A DNA stretch of 64,000 bases from a virus (Duplodnaviria; Caudoviricetes): the IMG/VR virus record IMGVR_UViG_2747842506_000001, positions 16,081-80,080 of that record; one strand, given 5' to 3'. Position numbers and translations under genes: made by a program. Positions 17,770 through 26,847 of this stretch are shown piece by piece (within the stretch, counting starts at the first letter, position 1; each line of letters opens with the position of its first letter). The notes under the pieces are model-generated. The model was not told the origin of the DNA. It was given only the letters and a program-made list of their open reading frames with translations, and did no database searches.

Positions 17770-17811
17770 AAATTCAAAAAGGACTTGACAATGTTTTTTT
17801 TTGTTTACATT
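17770..17811 (+). promoter_or_regulatory. Repeated moron promoter module, copy 4
   Basis: AAATTCAAAAAGGACTTGACAATG-T9-GTTTACATT. Confidence 0.7.
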
Positions 17812-17843
17812 TGAATGGTGGATGAAAAATTACCAAAATAATT

Positions 17844-19311
17844 GGCTCTTCATCAACATGTGTGGGTGGCTTCGCCACCCTTTTTTGTTGACTTTAGCCT
17901 AAATTAAACAAAAAATGGGCTATTTTCTAAAATTTAATCGCAAAAAAAAACAGAAGAAAAAAGCCCATGTCAAAATTATACAAATCCATCTTCAATGTCA
18001 ACGGCTGTACTGTCGTCAAGCAGGAGCAAACCGACACCACGGTCACCATCACGGTAAGACTCACCAAGGGCAACGCCAGCAGGTGCGGCTGTTGCGGGCG
18101 AAAAGGGAAACTCTACGACAACGGCCGGGAACAGAGGATATGGCGGACGCTCGATCTCGGCACGAAAATGGGCTTCATCAAGATGGACACCTACAGGGTG
18201 AAGTGCAGGAAGTGCGGCGTAAAAACCGTGAAGGTGCCGTGGGCAAGCCACAGGTCAGGCTTCACCGACGCCTTCGAGCAGCAGGTCGCATGGGCCGTAT
18301 GCAGCATGTCGAAAAAGGCTGTCGCAAAGCAGCTACGCATCGCCTGGAATACCGTGGGAGAAATCGCCGACCGCGTATGGGAACGCCTGGACACAAGGCC
18401 TATCAAGGCAGGCTGCATCTTCAGGCGCATAGGCATCGACGAGACCAGCTACAAGAAAGGGCACAAGTACATAACGGTGGTAGTGGATCACGACAGGCGC
18501 TGCGTGATCTGGGTGCACGAGGGCTACGGGAAGGAGGTGCTGGACATCTTCATGAGGGATCTCAGCGAAGAGCAGCGCAAGGGCGTGGAGCTTGTGACTT
18601 GTGATGGCGCCAAGTGGATAAGGTCAAGCATCGAGGAGTTCCTGCCCAATGCCGAACGGTGCGTGGACAGCTTCCATGTCGTGCAGTGGGCGACGGATGC
18701 CCTGGACAAGGTCCGTGTGGAAGCCTGGAGGGAGGCCCGCAAGGAACGCTGCAATCCAAAACGGGGCCGAGGCAGGCCCACGAAGGACAGCGTCCCGAAG
18801 GACCGCACCGCGGAGGGGATAAAGAACTCCAGGTACGCTCTGGGCAAGGCTCCGGAAAACCTTAACGAAAGCCAGCAGAGAAAAATAGAGCTCATAGCCA
18901 GCCGCTATCCGCGTCTCTACAGGGCATACCAGCTCAAGGAGGAGCTGCGCATCATCCTGAAGATGGGCTATGCCGATGCCAGGGAAAATCTGGACAGGTG
19001 GCTGTGGCGGGCAAGTCACTCACGCATCGGCCCAGTAAAGGATCTGTACGCAAAGATCAAGCGCAACTACGACGGAATCCTCAACACAATCAGGCTAGGC
19101 GTGTCAAACGCAAGGATCGAGGCGACGAACAACAAGATAAAGCTACTGATACGGACTGCCTATGGCTTCAGGAATATGAACAACATGCTGTCGCTGATAA
19201 TGTTGAGCTGTTCCTATGTAGATGTAAAGATAGCCTACGAATGGGAATCGGAATCGAGAGAATCATCTAGCAAGGCTGCCTAAATGCTTCCACACATGTT
19301 GATGATGCCTC
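17844..19311 (+). mobile_element. ISL3-family insertion sequence, copy 1 (1468 bp)
   Basis: Imperfect terminal IRs (GGCTCTTCATCAACATGTGTGG / CCACACATGTTGATGATGCCTC); 8-bp target duplication AAATAATT. Confidence 0.95.
17967..19283 (+). CDS. ISL3-family transposase
   Basis: N-terminal zinc finger, IGIDETSYKKGHKY, DSFHVV, SNARIEATNNKIK..AYGFR. Confidence 0.95.
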   Translation: MSKLYKSIFNVNGCTVVKQEQTDTTVTITVRLTKGNASRCGCCGRKGKLYDNGREQRIWRTLDLGTKMGFIKMDTYRVKCRKCGVKTVKVPWASHRSGFTDAFEQQVAWAVCSMSKKAVAKQLRIAWNTVGEIADRVWERLDTRPIKAGCIFRRIGIDETSYKKGHKYITVVVDHDRRCVIWVHEGYGKEVLDIFMRDLSEEQRKGVELVTCDGAKWIRSSIEEFLPNAERCVDSFHVVQWATDALDKVRVEAWREARKERCNPKRGRGRPTKDSVPKDRTAEGIKNSRYALGKAPENLNESQQRKIELIASRYPRLYRAYQLKEELRIILKMGYADARENLDRWLWRASHSRIGPVKDLYAKIKRNYDGILNTIRLGVSNARIEATNNKIKLLIRTAYGFRNMNNMLSLIMLSCSYVDVKIAYEWESESRESSSKAA

Positions 19312-19341
19312 AAATAATTGCAAAAAAATAGAGGATTGAAT

Positions 19342-19491
19342 ATGGGATTCTTCAAGTTATTAGTCGCCATTGGAGCTGCCGCATACGGAATTTCCCCGGT
19401 AGACATAATTCCCGATGTCGTTCCAGTTGTTGGCTGGGCGGATGATGTGGGGGTGATTTTGACTGCATTAGCTATTATAGCGAAAGCGTAG
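19342..19491 (+). CDS. DUF1232/YkvA-like small membrane protein (49 aa)
   Basis: Manual translation MGFFKLLVAIGAAAYGISPVDIIPDVVPVVGWADDVGVILTALAIIAKA*; SPxDxIPD..GxxDD motif; GAGG RBS. Confidence 0.8.
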   Translation: MGFFKLLVAIGAAAYGISPVDIIPDVVPVVGWADDVGVILTALAIIAKA

Positions 19492-19511
19492 AAAATAATA
19501 TATATTAGGGA

Positions 19512-19618
19512 TGAAGAACGTACTGAGTTAGTGGGACGAGGTTATCCACTTGAGCCAACTACTTCTTGAAAGCAAGTGCCTGTATGCAGGAGTTTACCGC
19601 CCTGCCTTACGTTCTTCA
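19512..19618 (+). ncRNA. Candidate structured ncRNA 1 (four-way junction)
   Basis: 11-bp closing stem TGAAGAACGTA/TACGTTCTTCA and three inner hairpins; TATATT at 19501; terminator at 19628-19657. Confidence 0.65.
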
Positions 19619-19792
19619 CTTTATTATAAAAGACGTTCCTGATGGAGCGCCTTTTTGTATGATTTTTTTTAACGTTAAATGCCTAGCAAACCCGCATTAA
19701 ACAAGGGTTTCGTTTTCTTTATGTTTTATAGGGGCTGTTTTTGAACCTGGATAAATCTTGATTTTCTCCAAGGAAAGTGGTATATTAGTGGT

Positions 19793-19890
19793 ATAGGATA
19801 TGCAAGTAAGCGTAAAGTCCGAAACGCTTGGGAATCTCTAGGAAACTAGAACTTCGTATGGTGAGGTAACGGGCCACCTGCATGTCCTAT
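19793..19890 (+). ncRNA. Candidate structured ncRNA 2 (same fold, diverged sequence)
   Basis: 12-bp closing stem ATAGGATATGCA/TGCATGTCCTAT; hairpins AAGCGT/ACGCTT, TCTAG-GAAA-CTAGA, GGTG/CACC; promoter TTGATT-N17-TATATT; T-rich tail. Confidence 0.65.
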
Positions 19891-20009
19891 TTTGTTTTAT
19901 TTAGGTTGTTTTGATGCTTAGGTAAATCTTAGGGTGATTTTCACCTTTTTGTCGTCAATTTCTGTAGTGACCATTTGCATTTCTCTAAGAAAAGTGGTAT
20001 GTTGATGGT

Positions 20010-20120
20010 TGAAGAACGTATGAGTTAGTGGAAAGAGGTTTACCACTTCGGAAGCTAAGCTTTTTGAACGAAGCCACAGTACCGTATGCAAGAGTTCGCC
20101 GCCTTGTCTTACGTTCTTCA
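20010..20120 (+). ncRNA. Candidate structured ncRNA 3 (paralog of ncRNA 1)
   Basis: Same 11-bp closing stem and AGTGG/CCACT hairpin as ncRNA 1; promoter TTGCAT-N17-TATGTT; terminator at 20130-20160. Confidence 0.65.
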
Positions 20121-20169
20121 CTTTATTATAAAAGACGTTCTTGATGGAGCGTCTTTTTTTGTATAACTG

Positions 20170-20856
20170 AAAACTACCGGCTAGGCCGGTAGTTCCGTAA
20201 AAGCCTTCTGGCGGTCATGAAAAAAGAAATCCTTTGATTAATATTGAAATGCGGTCTGCCAACTGCATCACAATAAAATCAAAGGATTTAAAATGAATGA
20301 TAGAAATAAATCAACAGCCCATACCACATGGAATTGTAAGTACCATATCGTGTTCGCACCCAAGTTTAGAAGGAAAATTCTATACAATCAGAAACGAGAG
20401 CTTGTAGGAAGAATTCTCAGAAAATTGTGCGAATGGAAAGATGTGGAAATAATAGAGGCCGAAGTCTGTCCAGACCATATTCACATGCTGGTCGCCATAC
20501 CGCCGAAACTCTCCGTTTCGAGTTTCATGGGGTATTTGAAAGGAAAGAGCAGCCTGGAATTGTATGACACGATTCCTGAATTGCAGAATAAGTACAGGAA
20601 CCGAGTCTTTTGGTGCCGAGGATATTATGTTGACACGGCAGGAAAAAACGCAGACCGAATTAAGGCGTATATCCGGCAACAGTTAGAGGAGGACAAACTA
20701 GGAGAACAACAGTCAATGTTTGGCAAGTAGTGCCCGTTTACGGGCGGCCTAGTAAGGACCCTAGCAGGTGGCAGATCGACGTGCGTGCCCTTGCACGCAG
20801 CTAGTATTGTAGGGCTACGCCCGTATATGAAGAACCACCGGCTTCGCCGGTGGGTG
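20170..20856 (+). mobile_element. IS200-type element (tnpA only), copy 1; ends approximate
   Basis: Subterminal hairpins ACTACCGGC-TAG-GCCGGTAGT and CCACCGGC-TTC-GCCGGTGG flank a Y1 transposase gene. Confidence 0.85.
20293..20730 (+). CDS. tnpA: IS200/IS605 Y1 (HUH) transposase
   Basis: CKYHIVFAPKFRR, DHIHML, LKGKSS, FWCRGYYV, YIRQQ. Confidence 0.95.
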   Translation: MNDRNKSTAHTTWNCKYHIVFAPKFRRKILYNQKRELVGRILRKLCEWKDVEIIEAEVCPDHIHMLVAIPPKLSVSSFMGYLKGKSSLELYDTIPELQNKYRNRVFWCRGYYVDTAGKNADRIKAYIRQQLEEDKLGEQQSMFGK

Positions 20857-20906
20857 CCTTTTTTGTTTAAATCGGTATTTTTTGAGATTAGGGAAATCTT
20901 TTGTCC

Positions 20907-21725
20907 TTATACAATAAAAAAGTCGTCTTCTTTGGCGTTGGGTTCATAGCTGCAATCAACTTGGTTTTTGCTGAGGGGAAATTCTGTGTTAAACCTGCAG
21001 TTCTTGTAAACTGATTTAGATTCGTGGGGTTTGTCGAGGATGATTGCGCCTTTAGGAAAAAAGAAGTTGCAAGAGTGAAAATTTGCGTCTCCTTTTCCTC
21101 CAATGCAGAATGTGTAACGCCCCTGTTCGTCTGAACCAAAAAAGCGACATTTTGTAAAGATTGTTTTTTCAACGATATTATCCAATAAGGTAACTGGGCC
21201 AACAGGATGAAATTCGTCGATAGTGTAAAAGTTGCTGAAAAGACAATGATCAAAAGTTGCGAAAGATTCCTTTCCAATTATGACGCCATCGTTTGGTATG
21301 CAACAAAATGCACATTTTGAAAAGTTAGCGCTTGAACCTTCGTCGATATATGCACAAATGGGATCATTTGCGCCATCGGAAGATAAGCGACAGTTTGAGA
21401 AATTGCCTGATCCTCCATTGGATATGTTGAGGCTTACCTCGTCAAGGCCTTCGATCAGAATATCTCTAAAATCACCAAAAGAATCCTTTCCGTCGATGCG
21501 AACTTTAAAAAATTCTTCTTCTTTTTCGTCTCTCTCAACAAAGAGGCCTTTGCCGCCATTTTGAATAGAGACTCCCTCATAACAAAAAGTGCATTTAAGA
21601 AAAGTTGGCGATGCTGGTCCATCAATAACAACTTCGTCCAAAAATACACAGTGGTCGTATATATCACAACCATTGTTAATAACGAATCGTTCTTCAAAGA
21701 TTTTTCCTTCGATTTTTTTCTGCAT
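20907..21725 (-). CDS. Acidic protein with probable right-handed beta-helix repeats
   Basis: Recurring 'xFxxCxF' units (TFLKCTF, NFSNCRL, NFSKCAF, TFDHCLF, IFTKCRF, NFHSCNF, VYKNCRF); own AGGAG RBS. Confidence 0.65.
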   Translation of the reverse strand: MQKKIEGKIFEERFVINNGCDIYDHCVFLDEVVIDGPASPTFLKCTFCYEGVSIQNGGKGLFVERDEKEEEFFKVRIDGKDSFGDFRDILIEGLDEVSLNISNGGSGNFSNCRLSSDGANDPICAYIDEGSSANFSKCAFCCIPNDGVIIGKESFATFDHCLFSNFYTIDEFHPVGPVTLLDNIVEKTIFTKCRFFGSDEQGRYTFCIGGKGDANFHSCNFFFPKGAIILDKPHESKSVYKNCRFNTEFPLSKNQVDCSYEPNAKEDDFFIV

Positions 21726-21970
21726 GATGAACTCCTTTGCTGGACGGTCGCTTGATTAACATATATTTTTTTTGTGACAAATAATGACTTGCTTGATTCT
21801 GTTGGAATGTTTTTTGAAGTCTGGAAATAAATAAGCCCCTTCAAAAGAAGGGGCTTGTAAAGGCTGTGCCAAACTACACACAGTTTGGCTCTACATGAAT
21901 CTATAGAGGTGTGCCTCAAATCCATGCAGCTTCTCTAATTTACCTTTTCCTGTGACAAATGTCAATCCCA

Positions 21971-22672
21971 TTATGGCTTCGGCGGCGAATATGCCATAGG
22001 AGGTGCAGGAGCACCAGTTGCAGCTGTTGCGTGGGTATGGCCCAGGAACGACAGAGTAGGCGTGGAAAAGTCCGCGCCTTTTACGTTTCCCGACGCTTCT
22101 ACATCGCCCTTGCTGCTGATGTTTCCATCGGAGCTGATTTCCCCTGTGGTTTCAATGTCGCCATCTACGCTTAAAGCTCCTGTGATTTCCACGTTTTCCG
22201 CAGAAAGTTCAACTTTTTTCGCATTTATTTTGACATTTCCCTCACGATCAACCGATATAGTGGTGGAGGCGTCCTCGTTTATACGCCTCATGGGAATCGC
22301 CAGAAGATTCAGAAGGTCATTCCCGGAAAAACTCATGGGGAGCGCAGCATCTTCGCTCCAGGTTTCCTTCTTCCAGTTTCGTATATCGCGACTGCTGCTT
22401 ATGCAAAGAACGGTATCGCCTGCATCCAGCTCATATTCCACATGAACTGTCTTTGTGCCGATCCATAGGACTGGCACATTACGGATTGCCATCAGCTTGT
22501 CGTCCTTCAAAGGTTCCATTTGCATATTGCGCAGACAGTTTCTCACGCTGGGACGAACATTGACTGTTCCATCATCGTTTACGGCATCAATGACAGCGGG
22601 GAAGGCTGTTTCAAAGTCCTCCATCTTATTGTCAAAGAAACGGTCCAAAATTTTTGCGATGCTGTTAGCCAT
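21971..22672 (-). CDS. Baseplate central spike protein (Gp138/gpV-like)
   Basis: ETAFPAVI, NVPV, GDTVL..SSRDI..W, beta-helical repeats and terminal HTH metal-binding motif. Confidence 0.8.
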   Translation of the reverse strand: MANSIAKILDRFFDNKMEDFETAFPAVIDAVNDDGTVNVRPSVRNCLRNMQMEPLKDDKLMAIRNVPVLWIGTKTVHVEYELDAGDTVLCISSSRDIRNWKKETWSEDAALPMSFSGNDLLNLLAIPMRRINEDASTTISVDREGNVKINAKKVELSAENVEITGALSVDGDIETTGEISSDGNISSKGDVEASGNVKGADFSTPTLSFLGHTHATAATGAPAPPMAYSPPKP

Positions 22673-23670
22673 TACCAGCTTACCTCACTTGCTTCACATT
22701 CAACGGTAAAGTCGCCACCATGGTTTGAGCCGCGGAAGCAACATTCAGTCACGATAAAGTTTCCCTTGACACAGAGCGATTCTACGCTGTCGTAGGAGTC
22801 TCCACAGCTGGAATCCAGCTTTACATATATGTTGGGAGCGAACTTTGGCGAAATAAGCGCAGTAAAGCGTACTTTCCTTGTACGGTCGATTTCCTTGCTG
22901 GGCTTGTTTTCAGCCGACTGTTCGTCATTTTCGTCCTGGGAGAACAGGTAGAACTGCGGATCGTCTCCAAAATTCACCTTATTTGCACTTTCATCGCGCA
23001 TTTCCTCCGCATGGAGCAGACCGCTTGCATGGTTCAGCTCAATCTGTTCCAGTTCCATCGTCTTTTCATCCTCGTTGACCACAATCATTTCGTTATTGTC
23101 GAAATAGAGGTGAAGTCCGAACTTGGGGATCAGTATATTGTCCCTAAAACTTATGACAGCCTGCCGGAATGTTGCCGAAACGCCATATTCTATTCCAATG
23201 GGTTCCGACAGTTTTGTCTGGCTTCCAGCTCGAAGCGCGATACCAGCGTAATCGCATAGTTCCTGCAGGCATTTCTTGGCGGTTGTGTCCTCCTTGAACA
23301 GGAAGGCGCAATTCAGACGTGCAAGCTGGTAGAACGTTCCACGCGCAGAAACGCAGGTGAGGATCAGCTCAACGTCCTTTCCGACGCGCCTGGGGACAGC
23401 ATAACCGATTTGACCGACGAAGATGTTTCCGACGGTTTCGTCCTGATATCCAGCCTGCAACAGGACGCTGTTTCCTTCACTCATGACAAAGTTGATTGTG
23501 TCTGGGGAAGGGTTGAAAACGGTAATTGTGGCCTCGTTGTCATACCATTCGATGGATCGGGTCACTTCAAATTCAATGTCGAACTGTGAAAGGTCCTTGC
23601 TGTCCTGCGTCGTGAGGTTTCCCACAGCGAATTTGCCGATAAAGAGACGGACTATCCTTCCGAAAGCCAT
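22672..23670 (-). CDS. Baseplate hub protein
   Basis: IEFEV, NEATITVFN, LQAGY..IFVGQI, FRGSNHGGDF. Confidence 0.72.
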   Translation of the reverse strand: MAFGRIVRLFIGKFAVGNLTTQDSKDLSQFDIEFEVTRSIEWYDNEATITVFNPSPDTINFVMSEGNSVLLQAGYQDETVGNIFVGQIGYAVPRRVGKDVELILTCVSARGTFYQLARLNCAFLFKEDTTAKKCLQELCDYAGIALRAGSQTKLSEPIGIEYGVSATFRQAVISFRDNILIPKFGLHLYFDNNEMIVVNEDEKTMELEQIELNHASGLLHAEEMRDESANKVNFGDDPQFYLFSQDENDEQSAENKPSKEIDRTRKVRFTALISPKFAPNIYVKLDSSCGDSYDSVESLCVKGNFIVTECCFRGSNHGGDFTVECEASEVSW

Positions 23671-24014
23671 TAGAGCATCCCAGCCTTTTCAAAAACGGTT
23701 ATATCCTGCTTTGTCAAGTAGTGGAGAACGTAGGCCACGCCCAGGTTGTCATGCCCAAGGGGGTTCTTGCAGGTCTTTTCACGCTTGAAGATTGCAAGAT
23801 CGCCATTTTCAAGAACGCCATTCCTGCTTTTTAGAAGCCTGCTGTTGGGAACGAGGCGTATTCCACATCTTTTTCCGTTGACGGTCTCGAAGTCCGCAAA
23901 CCAGCTTCCATCCCGCCAGTTCCACAAAAGACGGATGGAGAGCATGACGCCCTCAATGTTGACGCGCTCAACCAGATAGGAACCACCGTTGGTTTCTATG
24001 GGAATCTTTATCAT
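23670..24014 (-). CDS. Small baseplate protein
   Basis: LLWNWRDGSWFAD..GIRLVP pattern; position between Dit-like and hub genes. Confidence 0.6.
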   Translation of the reverse strand: MIKIPIETNGGSYLVERVNIEGVMLSIRLLWNWRDGSWFADFETVNGKRCGIRLVPNSRLLKSRNGVLENGDLAIFKREKTCKNPLGHDNLGVAYVLHYLTKQDITVFEKAGML

Positions 24015-24730
24015 GCGTACTCCCTGGCAAGAGATTCGTTCATCTTGTTTACCGCCTCGTCGGCGCTTTCGCTCCCGTCTCCACTGACGTTTCCAGCGTT
24101 GGCCTTCTTACTCATTGCCTGTGACTCGGCGCTGTTCTGTACGCCTGGTTCCGGGGCGTTCCATTCGCCATTTAGGTTTTCACTTTCAAAGGTCGCTGTA
24201 CGGATTTCCCGGAGAGTCATTTCGAACTTTATGGATTCACCATCTTCCGCACCACGCGACGCTTGCAGGCTTTCGATAATCATTTCCTCATAGACTTCAA
24301 GGGAGGTGATGATCCGAAGTTTCTGACGCGCCTTGGCTATGGAACAGAGCTGTTGCCAGCGTGTAAGTGCGGTGTTGGTGACAGCCTCCGCTTCCTCGAT
24401 TTCAACCTTGTCCTTCCAGGTTCTGTCATTACGTGTTCCGTCCTCGTTGAGGAAGGCGCCCGTTCCGTTTATGGAATGGTTCGTGAACAAACCCGTCACC
24501 TTGACGCTTCGCAGTTTCTGCTGGACGTGATCGCTGATTGTGGCACCGTTTTCAACGGCATGGTCGGTAATGTCAAATTCCAGCTCATGGCTTTCGTCCA
24601 CAAGCAGGTCAAAGGGGAGGTTCTCAAGTCCGAAACGCTCATTCCTCATGAACAGGGACGCAGGAATGACCTGGGGCGGGTTCTTGTAGCGGGAATATAT
24701 GGCAAGGCCAGTATTTATGAAGCCAATCAT
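24011..24730 (-). CDS. Dit-like/tail tube-initiator protein
   Basis: ESHELEFDITDHAVENGATISDH; follows the tape measure gene. Confidence 0.7.
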   Translation of the reverse strand: MIGFINTGLAIYSRYKNPPQVIPASLFMRNERFGLENLPFDLLVDESHELEFDITDHAVENGATISDHVQQKLRSVKVTGLFTNHSINGTGAFLNEDGTRNDRTWKDKVEIEEAEAVTNTALTRWQQLCSIAKARQKLRIITSLEVYEEMIIESLQASRGAEDGESIKFEMTLREIRTATFESENLNGEWNAPEPGVQNSAESQAMSKKANAGNVSGDGSESADEAVNKMNESLAREYA

Positions 24731-26589
24731 AGGGCGAGTGCCTTGACGCCTTCCGCGCGCAGGTTGAACGTCAGTTGGGACTGGAGAAGCGTGCGAAGGT
24801 TCTCCTTGATAAGTCTTGCCATCATGTCGCTGTCGGTCTTGATATTGTTCGTGTAGTCGATGTTCGTGATGTTGGTAGTTCCCTTTGCGTTCTTGGCAAC
24901 GGATTGCATGGCCTTCTGCATTTCCGCCTCAAGGTCAACGGGCGTATAGCTGAAATCCGTCGGCTTGAAATCTACTCCGGGTTCCTTGCTGTTCTTCCAG
25001 GGGAGGGAATGATTCCTGTTCATCTTGGCTTGTCCCTGTCCGACTAGCTTTTGATAATAGTCCTTTGCGCCTTTCGCTGTAGCCCATTTGATAAGCAGGT
25101 CTGTCGCACCCGCAGGGACGCTTCTCATGTCGAAGCCGTTGCCGGAAGCGGGGTCCCATCCCGGATTCCAGGGGATGCTTGGCATCTTCTTCATGAGTTC
25201 CTTTTCCTGGGCTGTCATCTTGCTCTCATATTCCTTCATGGAACGTTCCCAGCTACCTCTTTCCTTTATGGCTCGGTCAATTTCGCCTGCGGCTTCCTCC
25301 CTTCGGGCTTCGCGGAGTTTCTCATTGGCGAGATCGACAAGCAGGTTTCCCGCTTCCCAAATCTTCTGGAGTCCCCAGACGGTTGCGGTAAAGAGACCTG
25401 CCTTGAGGAATCCCTGCCAGCTTGTTCCTAGCCCGTTAAGGGACTTTCCGAATGCGATTGTTCCCTTCTGGGCGCTATCCATCAGAGGGACGACGAACTT
25501 GAACGCGCCAACGAAGGCCATTGTGGAGACCGGAGCCTTGGCGAACAGGTTCAAGACGTTGGAAATGCCGTTTGCGAAGGTGGAAATTGCGCCAATGTTC
25601 TGCGAAACTGTCCCGATAAGCGATTTCAGGACTTCGCCGAAGCTGTGGAACAGTTTCCTTATCGAGGGCATATTTGCCTTGATTTCGCGAGCTAAATCAG
25701 CAAAGACGGGCAGAAGCTCCTTTCCGACTTCTTCCTTTACGTCGCCGATTTCATTCTGTAGCTGGGCGATCCTGCCAGCATCCGTACCCGCCATTTCCTT
25801 TGCAAAGCCCCGGACGCTCTCGAGCGTCTTTTGCAAGGCGGCGACCTGCATATCCTCGGTGACGGTTGCTCCATCCTGTCGAAGTTTTTGCAGTTCCTTG
25901 AGCGCGGTGGTATCAAAACCCTGTTGTTCCAGCGTCATTGTGCGCCCTGTAGTGACCGCACCAAGCAATGTCTGGGCATATCCCTTCAACTGTTCAGCGT
26001 TGGCTTCGCCCCCGTTTGTGGAACGTGCAGCATAGTCTGCGACAAGCTGCATCATGCGCTTGCTGTTATCGACTCCCTTTATCCGGTTGCTCCAGGTGGA
26101 GGCCGCAGTAAGCAGCCCTTCGTCCCCGTACATGCTGTTCGCCTGTATTCGTCCGGCAAATTCCTTGAGTTCATTGAAACGGTTGGCTGTGCCATTCCGT
26201 TCCATCTGGAACTTTAGGCTTCTTTCTGCACGATCCTGAATCTTGAAGGCGTCCATGGTTTCCTTACCGAAGCCAATGAGCTTGGAAATGCCCTGGAACC
26301 CAGCATAGGCGGCGACAGCCCCTGCTATGGCCTTCTTGAGTCCTCCGAAACTCCCTTCGAGCTTCTTTGTCTCCTTCTGTGCATTTCTGGTGGCTTCGCC
26401 AATCTTTTGAGCCTCGCTTGCGGCCTTGCCAGCTTCCTTTCCGACTTTTTCCGTTTCCTTGGCGACCTTGGCTGCATCAGCGTTGGTTTTGCCCATGGAG
26501 TCCTGGAAACGTCCGAGTGCAGCATTGAGTTCCGCATCCTCGATCTGGAAGCGCACCGTTTGCACAAATTCGTTTTCGTCAGCCATCAT
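24727..26589 (-). CDS. Tail tape measure protein (620 aa)
   Basis: Ala/Lys-rich helical protein after the tail chaperones. Confidence 0.8.
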   Translation of the reverse strand: MMADENEFVQTVRFQIEDAELNAALGRFQDSMGKTNADAAKVAKETEKVGKEAGKAASEAQKIGEATRNAQKETKKLEGSFGGLKKAIAGAVAAYAGFQGISKLIGFGKETMDAFKIQDRAERSLKFQMERNGTANRFNELKEFAGRIQANSMYGDEGLLTAASTWSNRIKGVDNSKRMMQLVADYAARSTNGGEANAEQLKGYAQTLLGAVTTGRTMTLEQQGFDTTALKELQKLRQDGATVTEDMQVAALQKTLESVRGFAKEMAGTDAGRIAQLQNEIGDVKEEVGKELLPVFADLAREIKANMPSIRKLFHSFGEVLKSLIGTVSQNIGAISTFANGISNVLNLFAKAPVSTMAFVGAFKFVVPLMDSAQKGTIAFGKSLNGLGTSWQGFLKAGLFTATVWGLQKIWEAGNLLVDLANEKLREARREEAAGEIDRAIKERGSWERSMKEYESKMTAQEKELMKKMPSIPWNPGWDPASGNGFDMRSVPAGATDLLIKWATAKGAKDYYQKLVGQGQAKMNRNHSLPWKNSKEPGVDFKPTDFSYTPVDLEAEMQKAMQSVAKNAKGTTNITNIDYTNNIKTDSDMMARLIKENLRTLLQSQLTFNLRAEGVKALAL

Positions 26590-26830
26590 CGCTCCTTTGC
26601 TGTTGATAGTATTCGCCCCAGGCGCTCCTGTAGTCGTTTTCCATATCCATGTAGGCGCAGAAGGCCATTATCCTGTCAAAGGTCCAGTTCTGCTCTATAT
26701 CGGAAAGCGGAACACGCGCCTTGCTGACTATTCGCCAGATTGGAGCGTATTCCGCTGCTGTGCCGCCCAGCGTCCCGATCCTGCCAAGGCTTGCAATATC
26801 CCTGGTGTCGGAATCGCTGAACGAGGACAC
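26579..26830 (-). CDS. Tail assembly chaperone C-terminal (gpT-like) frame
   Basis: In the -1 frame of the upstream chaperone and open back to slippery heptamer CCCTTTC (26890-26884). Confidence 0.65.
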   Translation of the reverse strand: MSSFSDSDTRDIASLGRIGTLGGTAAEYAPIWRIVSKARVPLSDIEQNWTFDRIMAFCAYMDMENDYRSAWGEYYQQQRSDDG

Positions 26831-26847
26831 GATTGGATTGGAATAGT

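Noticed and set aside
19512-20120. Canonical tRNA genes or a CRISPR mini-array
   Set aside because: The closing stems are 11-12 bp, there is no 7-nt anticodon loop or CCA end, and there is no repeat-spacer periodicity or cas gene. Kept as novel ncRNA candidates instead.
19918-20121. 67-aa minus-strand ORF over ncRNA 3
   Set aside because: No RBS, frame not preserved in the paralogous unit 1, and promoter/terminator signals point to the plus strand.
20730-20856. TnpB/IscB guide (omega) RNA at IS200 right ends (also 58943-59063)
   Set aside because: No tnpB or iscB in the window; the hairpins are explained by IS200 end structures.
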